Of a DNA stretch of 64,000 bases, positions 57,975 to 64,000 are shown piece by piece. A model generated the notes under the pieces. That model did not search any database. It worked only from the letters and a program-made list of their open reading frames with translations, and was not told where the DNA came from. The stretch spans positions 64,001 to 128,000 of the IMG/VR virus record IMGVR_UViG_3300036766_000359, one strand, 5' to 3'. Each line of letters opens with the position of its first letter. Position 1 is the first letter of the stretch. Made by a program: the position numbers and the translations under genes. This DNA is from a virus.

Positions 57975-58218
57975 GAACGGCCCCGATGGTCATCCCGGTG
58001 TTGTGGTTATGGTGCAAATGCACCGGGTTACTTAGGAAGTTTGGCGGAAAAAGCCTCAGGTTGATCGACTCGCTACGGATCTCTACTGATGGTTCCCCGT
58101 CGAGAGGTGCGTGGCAGTGGTGGCATTTGCCGTCCTGCTCCGAGATATATTGTTCGCGCACGACTCTGCGCTCGCGCTGAGTCAGCGCATTATAGTTTAC
58201 GGGGAGTTTTTCAGGCAT
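57931..58218 (-). CDS. Endonuclease VII/HNH-like small nuclease
   Basis: EQDGKCHHC...LHHNHNTG...VHARCNAVL. Confidence 0.7.
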   Translation of the reverse strand: MPEKLPVNYNALTQRERRVVREQYISEQDGKCHHCHAPLDGEPSVEIRSESINLRLFPPNFLSNPVHLHHNHNTGMTIGAVHARCNAVLWQYHGE

Positions 58219-58257
58219 GAAAAATTTTATGGTTGAGTTGTAGCACCGAGATACCCG

Positions 58258-59019
58258 TCATGTACGATCGTAAATTGATTCTAGTCTTTCGGTTTGTTTT
58301 TCGCTCAATCTTTGCCCTCGTTTGAGCTTATCACCGATGTCGATTATGAATTTTTCTTCCCATTCGGATAGCTCGAAAGAGTCATCAAGTTTTACGCACG
58401 TTTCAATTGCTTCAATCATGTCTGTGGATGTGGCCATGTCGTCCACTTTACCCGGAACCTCTTGTGTAGTACGCAAAGCATCACGCTCCGCGACCACACG
58501 TGCAAGCGTCGGCAGCAAGAGCGCGGCCTGTGTAGACTGCGTCTTAACCCGACCTGCGGCTAAATCCGTCAAGAACAGCGCAAGGTCGATGTCGTTCAGA
58601 CCAAGACTCGATGGTTGACCTCCGAGCTCGGAATCATCGCGCAGCATCACCAACTTCGCTGTAGCATCTTGCGCACCTATGTCTTTGATCACAGCTATCC
58701 AGTGAAATAGCTTCAACGTCTGCTGATCTTCATTCTTAGCGGTAGCCACATCAGCAGAGATGGCCAGGACCAGTTCGCTGTCATTCATGTTCGAAATTGC
58801 TCCAAGTCCTAACGCATTCATCGCTAATTCCTTAGTGTCATATAAATCAGGGAGAATAGGCCCTGTTGCAGATTTATTGGCTCGCCATCGAGTTTTCTTG
58901 AATTCTTGATTAGACACTACAGAATCCATGAAACCGGCAGCGGAACCATAAACTAATGCTCCGGATTCATGTTCATAATAAAAGTCCTTTTCGACTTCAC
59001 GCCATCCCAGTGGTAACAT
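58258..59019 (-). CDS. Mosaic hypothetical protein
   Basis: 253 aa; C-terminal LSEWEEKFI.DI...LSEKQ..RL helical motif. Confidence 0.65.
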   Translation of the reverse strand: MLPLGWREVEKDFYYEHESGALVYGSAAGFMDSVVSNQEFKKTRWRANKSATGPILPDLYDTKELAMNALGLGAISNMNDSELVLAISADVATAKNEDQQTLKLFHWIAVIKDIGAQDATAKLVMLRDDSELGGQPSSLGLNDIDLALFLTDLAAGRVKTQSTQAALLLPTLARVVAERDALRTTQEVPGKVDDMATSTDMIEAIETCVKLDDSFELSEWEEKFIIDIGDKLKRGQRLSEKQTERLESIYDRT

Positions 59020-59026
59020 AATTCAC

Positions 59027-59215
59027 CTACCTCGGTTTGTCCCATGCCGAATCATGCATGTTCTGCCAAGCCATTCTGACTTCTGGTGACCAATTATCTG
59101 GTGGAGACCACCCACTAGCTCCACCAACAAACATACCAGCCGTCATTTGACAATAAATAAGTACAGCACTCTTTAACTTTTCAAAGTCTTCTGGTGTTGC
59201 TGTACGTCTAGCCAT
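59027..59215 (-). CDS. Small hypothetical protein
   Basis: 62 aa; GAGG SD. Confidence 0.55.
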   Translation of the reverse strand: MARRTATPEDFEKLKSAVLIYCQMTAGMFVGGASGWSPPDNWSPEVRMAWQNMHDSAWDKPR

Positions 59216-59235
59216 TAGTCCTCTTCGCCAAATAA

Positions 59236-59535
59236 TTATTTAAGAAAGTCCAAAACGAGAGCCATCAAACTAATGAAAAATAAGATCGCACCGAGTTTAA
59301 AACTCCCACGATGGTTATTCCCGAACCAACGAGATCTAAATTCATGATCCACAATTTGTTTACGTAATACTTCTACCGGGAGACCATCAGTGCGAAGATC
59401 AGTACGCCATTCTGACGAAATCGGTTGAGCCGGTACACGTAGCCAACATTTAGTACAGGTTACCTGGATAACATCCTCTCGATACTCTTCTCGATACCCT
59501 CCGATCGTAAAACCTGAACCATGACATAAACTCAT
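59236..59535 (-). CDS. Small protein with C-terminal hydrophobic helix
   Basis: GGAG SD; LGAILFFISLMALVL. Confidence 0.55.
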   Translation of the reverse strand: MSLCHGSGFTIGGYREEYREDVIQVTCTKCWLRVPAQPISSEWRTDLRTDGLPVEVLRKQIVDHEFRSRWFGNNHRGSFKLGAILFFISLMALVLDFLK

Positions 59536-59563
59536 CAGTGACTCCTAAAGTGGTAAGATAAAT

Positions 59564-59953
59564 TTATTTCATTCCGGCTAGGCTTTTTTGAACATTCGCC
59601 ATGAACCCCAAGCAGACCTTGTTTACTTCGATTACGCGCTGAAGCTCTCGACAGTCTGGTAAATTGCACGGCCGCGCGTTCGTCTCTGCGAGCTGCTTGT
59701 CGAAATAGCACGCATCGAGCCTGTTGTTGGTGTTGAGCAGTTCACCTGAGCACGCCTCGAACACATCAGATCCAGCACTGACTTGCAACTTCAGTTTCTG
59801 GGTCTCCAGTGCATTCTTGGTGTTCTGAGCCTTCGACAATTGGATAGTGACGTCACGATCTTGTCTAATAAGAGACAGCCGGATCACACCGATCACCAGA
59901 CCTAAAAACACCACGGCAACAAGCACTTTATTAGACATCACAACAATACCCAA
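59564..59953 (-). CDS. N-terminal TM + coiled-coil protein
   Basis: VLVAVVFLGLVIGVIRL followed by a Cys-containing coiled coil. Confidence 0.6.
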   Translation of the reverse strand: MGIVVMSNKVLVAVVFLGLVIGVIRLSLIRQDRDVTIQLSKAQNTKNALETQKLKLQVSAGSDVFEACSGELLNTNNRLDACYFDKQLAETNARPCNLPDCRELQRVIEVNKVCLGFMANVQKSLAGMK

Positions 59954-59968
59954 TCATGGCGTAGGCGA

Positions 59969-60619
59969 TCATCGTGCCGAAGCTCGTAGCTCAGCCAAGA
60001 GGACGTAGGCTTGTGTCAGGCCGATCTCCAGCGCCAGCTGCTTGAAATGCCGGTTACGGGTCGCTGGCACGACAGCATCTGAATCCGGGGCTGGACTTGT
60101 AGCAACATGCCAGCCAGGCCCGTTGGCGTCCTTGGTGAGGCTGGACTTGTAGGTCAGCGCTATCACCTTGGGTTCCTCAAGGCTCAGCGCTAGAGCCGCC
60201 ACCGCTGCCTTCCTACGCGCAGCCCATTCCTTGCCAACATCAGCAGGAACGCGCACCACAACGGACTTAGCCTTAGCCTTAGCCTTAGCCTTAGCCTTAG
60301 CCTTAGCCTTAGGTAGCGGGTTTCCCGCCACGTCAGTCTGGTAGGAGACGATCGTGGACGGAGGAGATAATCGCACCACAGCGGACTTGGCCTTGGCGTT
60401 GCCGCGCCTGCCCATCGCCGTGGCGAAGCTCTTGGCCGCCTCTCTTCGCTGCACCGCGTAAATATATTTCGTGGAGAGTTTGATGCCCGCCTTGGATGCA
60501 AGCGTGACGAGATCCGTTGGCGTCATCGTCGGGTACTGCCGAACGAACGCCAACTTTTCCGTGTTCCAAGCAGTCATCGCATTACTCAATTTCTTCTTTG
60601 TCTTCTTCTTAGTCGCCAT
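59969..60619 (-). CDS. Ala/Lys-rich putative DNA-binding protein
   Basis: Basic N-terminus; (KA)7 tract. Confidence 0.65.
   Translation of the reverse strand: MATKKKTKKKLSNAMTAWNTEKLAFVRQYPTMTPTDLVTLASKAGIKLSTKYIYAVQRREAAKSFATAMGRRGNAKAKSAVVRLSPPSTIVSYQTDVAGNPLPKAKAKAKAKAKAKAKSVVVRVPADVGKEWAARRKAAVAALALSLEEPKVIALTYKSSLTKDANGPGWHVATSPAPDSDAVVPATRNRHFKQLALEIGLTQAYVLLAELRASAR
60267..60312. repeat. (ttagcc)x7 microsatellite
   Basis: Encodes (AK)n on the minus strand. Confidence 0.95.
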
Positions 60620-60666
60620 GTGCTCAACGCCTCTCTATCTCTCATGTAGCTGCGGTCTTCACCAAA

Positions 60667-60990
60667 TCAGACATAACCGACTTCCTGCCTCGATCGCCAG
60701 GTCAACATAGCACCGACAGGGAAGCTTGCTTGAGGACTAACTTCACGACAACGGTAGACTGCACGTTTCGTGATAAGATGATATTCCACCCGACCAATGG
60801 CCAGAGATAAACCACCGGCTAGAACACGACCTCTGCCTTTCTTGCCAGGTGGAAACGCTAAGCGTTCTACCATGCCAGATTTATTCCATTGCACCAAGCC
60901 GTGACGGCTGGCAATTTCTTGGAGTTGTTCGTAAGTCATGCTTTCCTTCATCAATATACTACAGTGAAATTTAGGCAATTTACGAATCAA
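60667..60990 (-). CDS. Hypothetical protein; probable start MTYEQ at 60939
   Basis: AAGGA SD before the internal ATG. Confidence 0.55.
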   Translation of the reverse strand: MIRKLPKFHCSILMKESMTYEQLQEIASRHGLVQWNKSGMVERLAFPPGKKGRGRVLAGGLSLAIGRVEYHLITKRAVYRCREVSPQASFPVGAMLTWRSRQEVGYV

Positions 60991-61404
60991 TTATTCGGAT
61001 ATCAACATTTCTTTAACTTTTAAAAGCATCAGTCGATTTGACCGCTCACCTAATACTTCATGCAACAATCGGGTCGGTTCACCCGAGCGAATAACCAATT
61101 TATGAATTTTTCGATCTGGTAGATTCTTGTTATAACCACGCGAACATTTCATCCGTTCGGTATGGCCGAAGATTTGACATACGAGAGGACGAACCGGATA
61201 GACCTGACAAGTTCCTTTTTGATAAAACGGACACGTAACACCCTGATCTATTGGGATAATGCCTTGTTTCTCTGCATATTGGACAACGCGATCATATTCA
61301 AGGTCTGTAGAAGGGGCTAAACCACAACAGTCCCCGCAACCCTGGTCACATTTCATTACGGGAAGTTTCATAGTATGAAAGGCGGGTTCTTTAGTAATCG
61401 TCAC
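60991..61404 (-). CDS. YkgJ/UPF0153-family Cys-cluster protein
   Basis: CDQGCGDCCG...CPFY...CQVYPVRPLVCQIFG. Confidence 0.85.
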   Translation of the reverse strand: MTITKEPAFHTMKLPVMKCDQGCGDCCGLAPSTDLEYDRVVQYAEKQGIIPIDQGVTCPFYQKGTCQVYPVRPLVCQIFGHTERMKCSRGYNKNLPDRKIHKLVIRSGEPTRLLHEVLGERSNRLMLLKVKEMLISE

Positions 61405-61741
61405 ACTTGTAAGGGCAACTCATTCGACGCGGAAAAGAATTGCAGGTAGGGCAGGGGGAATCAGCGATCGGAGTAGCTCGGGTGGAACGTCGATTTCTCT
61501 TCCGGGACTTCTGACCAGTCAACGGGACAGTTTTCAACGGGACAATCTGGTTCTCATTCCAAGACGGTTGCATTTTCGCATGGAGAGACTCGAGCGCGTC
61601 ACAAACGGATTTTTGCCATTCAAACACACATTCCTGATGGTCAACAGCTTCGCACTTCTGTTCGTAGTGAATTAACTGACGTGCTCTTTCGAGCAGCTGG
61701 GTAATTGATTGGGTAGGCATTAACCGAGCCCCCAACCGCAA
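61391..61741 (-). CDS. Hypothetical protein with C-terminal CPTC motif
   Basis: 116-aa ORF in a gene chain. Confidence 0.5.
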   Translation of the reverse strand: MRLGARLMPTQSITQLLERARQLIHYEQKCEAVDHQECVFEWQKSVCDALESLHAKMQPSWNENQIVPLKTVPLTGQKSRKRNRRSTRATPIADSPCPTCNSFPRRMSCPYKCDDY

Positions 61742-62145
61742 ATACCCTGATACTCGTCGGGCTGTTCAATACGCGTAACTGTCCACTTATTGGCAAGTAC
61801 GAAATCCTCAACGCGAACGAAGCGGTACCAGCGACGTTCTTCACCGTAGAATGATGGGCAAATTCCGGACTCAGATTTCTCGATGACCGCCAGGTTATTG
61901 GTGCCACCTTCATGAATATCACCATAGTCAGAGACTAGATACTCTTCGGCTTGCTCCAAAGTTTCAAACCACCCCCAACATCTGGAACTTGGGTGTCGGT
62001 CTGGACCTAACACCTGAATGGATGTAATGGTGAAGATAAATGGTCTGGTCTCTGGACTGGCCATACACGGCGAATCAAGCGGCGTAGACCCAAGGTACTC
62101 GGGTTCCATCTTCTTCTCGTTATCAGTCATAGTTTCAGTATACAC
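61720..62145 (-). CDS. Hypothetical protein; probable start ATG at 62130
   Basis: RCWGWFETLEQAEE...DIHE; ends ICGWGLG. Confidence 0.6.
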   Translation of the reverse strand: MYTETMTDNEKKMEPEYLGSTPLDSPCMASPETRPFIFTITSIQVLGPDRHPSSRCWGWFETLEQAEEYLVSDYGDIHEGGTNNLAVIEKSESGICPSFYGEERRWYRFVRVEDFVLANKWTVTRIEQPDEYQGICGWGLG

Positions 62146-62182
62146 CGAATGAATTGATCAGGCACGGATTCGATGACTGAGT

Positions 62183-62539
62183 TTAGGTTTCCATGACCCG
62201 TCGAATTATTTCAGCGTTGCAATCTCGAAATTGACCACCAAGATATGATGAGAACGTAGTTTCACCACCTCCACCGGAATTTTTCATCGGAGGTGGCGGG
62301 ACTTCGTAATTCGGGTCATCGATTGGATTGTCGGGCCATCCGTTCCATACGATGCAGGCCCCACAGTCGCGACAATTCCAAATATTCCCACGATCACCAC
62401 TAATTGGGTGGCAGCTTGGTGGACGCCAATCATGTTCTTTCATGTGAATTTGACCCGAAAAGGAAAGAAAATTAGGGTAGGTAATTTGACGGGTCCCTTC
62501 CAGATTATACGTATACCAGGGGGTGGATTTTCTGATCAA
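62183..62539 (-). CDS. Hypothetical Zn-ribbon protein
   Basis: HDW...WNCRDCG...CNAEII. Confidence 0.5.
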   Translation of the reverse strand: MIRKSTPWYTYNLEGTRQITYPNFLSFSGQIHMKEHDWRPPSCHPISGDRGNIWNCRDCGACIVWNGWPDNPIDDPNYEVPPPPMKNSGGGGETTFSSYLGGQFRDCNAEIIRRVMET

Positions 62540-62630
62540 AAATTTTACTTAAGTTAGCGTCCCACCGAAAGCAAGCGGGAAACGACGCTTGAATAAGCGC
62601 CATATACTTGCCCAGAAGGGTTCATTGTGG

Positions 62631-62975
62631 TCAGTCACCGAATTTCTCCAGCATGCGCCGCAGCCACGGGTCGCGTGGCCCGACCAACATGGCGTTCTGA
62701 CGTGAGTTGCGATCAGACGTGTCCAGGGCAAACGCCTCGCGTACGGCCAAGTCAGCAGCTTCGACCAAAGCGTACGCAGCATCGGACTCTGCGTTATTCA
62801 CATACGTACTGCCGAACAACAGAGTTTGATACGCCTCGTACACCAGGTCATACTCACCCACAGCCACACGTGTGCATGTCAAGGTCAAAGGATCGGTCAA
62901 CACTACATCTTCAGAAACCACGTTTTCCATCATATCAAATTTACACCGTTTGGTTTCAAATTTCCGAAATTTCAA
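62631..62975 (-). CDS. Hypothetical protein
   Basis: Protein-like composition from MMENVV onward; preferred over the overlapping 62549-62782 frame. Confidence 0.5.
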   Translation of the reverse strand: MKFRKFETKRCKFDMMENVVSEDVVLTDPLTLTCTRVAVGEYDLVYEAYQTLLFGSTYVNNAESDAAYALVEAADLAVREAFALDTSDRNSRQNAMLVGPRDPWLRRMLEKFGD

Positions 62976-63057
62976 ATCGCGTGGTAGGTGTACCTACATC
63001 TACACACCTCGCGGCATTTTACGCGGAAATTGGTTGGTGGTTGATGTATCCTAGGGC

Positions 63058-64000
63058 ATGCGAAAATTGGTAAGTGTTCAGCGAGTGTTGGCATTGCATC
63101 CGATTCCAACTGCCGATGCAATCGAGCTTTGCCAGATCAATGGCTGGCAGTGTGTAGTCAAGAAGGGCGATTTTCAAATCGGTGATATCGGGGTGTACTT
63201 CGAGATCGACGCGGTACCACCGGATCGTCCGATATTTGATTTTCTGTGGAAGGGACAAGCGAAACGTCCAGGGTCACTTTGCATCCGAACGGTTCGTCTC
63301 CGGGGGGCATTGAGCCAAGGGTTGCTAATGCCCTTGGAGCTGTTCCCCGAGGCTGAATGCACCGTAGAGGGTGCAGATCTCACAGAAATCCTTGGGGTTT
63401 ATAAATATGAGCCACCGCCTCCTGATGGTATGGGCGACTACCGGGGACCTTTTCCAACCCTGATAGTCAAGACTGACGAGGTGCGTATTCAGAGTTTCCC
63501 ACAGCTTATCGATGAACTACGGGGTAAGCCTTACGTAAGCACCCTAAAGTGTGATGGTACCTCTGCGACCTTCTGCATGTGGGAAGGAAGCTTCCATGCC
63601 TGCGGGCGAAACCACTCAATCGCGGATGCCGATAACATTTTCTGGCGAGCCGCACGCCGATATATGCTCCCCGAAATCATGGCACGGTATCCGGATCTGG
63701 CTCTACAAGGTGAAGTGGTAGGCCCCGGAATTCAAAAGAACCATATGGGACTCAAGGGAGTGGAATTTCGTTCCTTTAACCTCTATGACATGCGCAAAGG
63801 CAGGAATCTCGACCATGATGAATGCTTTGCGTTTTACGAGAAGCATGAGATTCCAGCTGCTCCCGTCGTTGAAGAAGGGCAATGCTTCCAACACACGGTC
63901 GAGAGCTTACTCCAACTTGCTGAGGGCCCATACCCCGATACCAAGAACGAACGTGAAGGTATCGTGATCCGGCCTCGCATAGGACAGCATAGTCAGACAC
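63058..64000 (+). CDS. RNA ligase, DRB0094-like (Rnl2 superfamily), runs off window end
   Basis: Manually translated MRKLVSVQRV...PIPTADAIE...GWQCVVKKG...YFEID...LRGALSQGL; motif I TLKCDGTS, QGEVVGPGIQKN, FNLYD, motif IV EGIVIRP. Missing from the ORF track because it has no stop in the window. Confidence 0.92.
   Translation, partial: MRKLVSVQRVLALHPIPTADAIELCQINGWQCVVKKGDFQIGDIGVYFEIDAVPPDRPIFDFLWKGQAKRPGSLCIRTVRLRGALSQGLLMPLELFPEAECTVEGADLTEILGVYKYEPPPPDGMGDYRGPFPTLIVKTDEVRIQSFPQLIDELRGKPYVSTLKCDGTSATFCMWEGSFHACGRNHSIADADNIFWRAARRYMLPEIMARYPDLALQGEVVGPGIQKNHMGLKGVEFRSFNLYDMRKGRNLDHDECFAFYEKHEIPAAPVVEEGQCFQHTVESLLQLAEGPYPDTKNEREGIVIRPRIGQHSQT

Noticed and set aside
59564-59953. i-spanin
   Set aside because: It has a TM + coiled-coil shape but no embedded or adjacent lipoprotein gene and sits among accessory genes.
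62549-62782. 77-aa ORF overlapping 62631-62975, and most antisense ORFs in the track
   Set aside because: They overlap better-supported genes, lack motifs or RBS, and are expected by chance, especially in GC-richer DNA.

Overview
This window is a gene-dense 64-kb segment of a large (jumbo-type) dsDNA bacteriophage genome; genes run off both ends. It holds a bacterial-style replication/recombination block: DnaX, HolA and HolB clamp-loader subunits, a divergent beta clamp, Toprim primase, 5'-3' exonuclease, RecD2 helicase, Mre11/SbcD, the C-terminal half of a Rad50-type ATPase, an AddB/Cas4-type nuclease and an NAD+-dependent ligase split into two divergent genes. Nucleotide-metabolism genes are class II RNR (NrdJ), tandem-domain ThyX and a dNMP kinase. 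Transcription factors are a NusG paralog and two sigma-region-4 proteins. There are also an amidase, a C1 protease and Ig/propeller proteins, homing-type endonucleases, and a GC-richer run of small accessory genes ending in an RNA ligase. The main result is an adenylosuccinate-synthetase homolog (34673-37135) with PurZ-type signatures (GSSGKGK in place of GDEGKGK, TTVTKRVRR, NFIQY). This points to 2-aminoadenine (Z) DNA. The gene is interrupted by a 418-aa LAGLIDADG intein sitting between the His and Thr of the NAGH-T motif. No datZ/mazZ, DNA polymerase, tRNA, rRNA or CRISPR array was recognised in the window. All product calls come from recalled family motifs; no database search was run.
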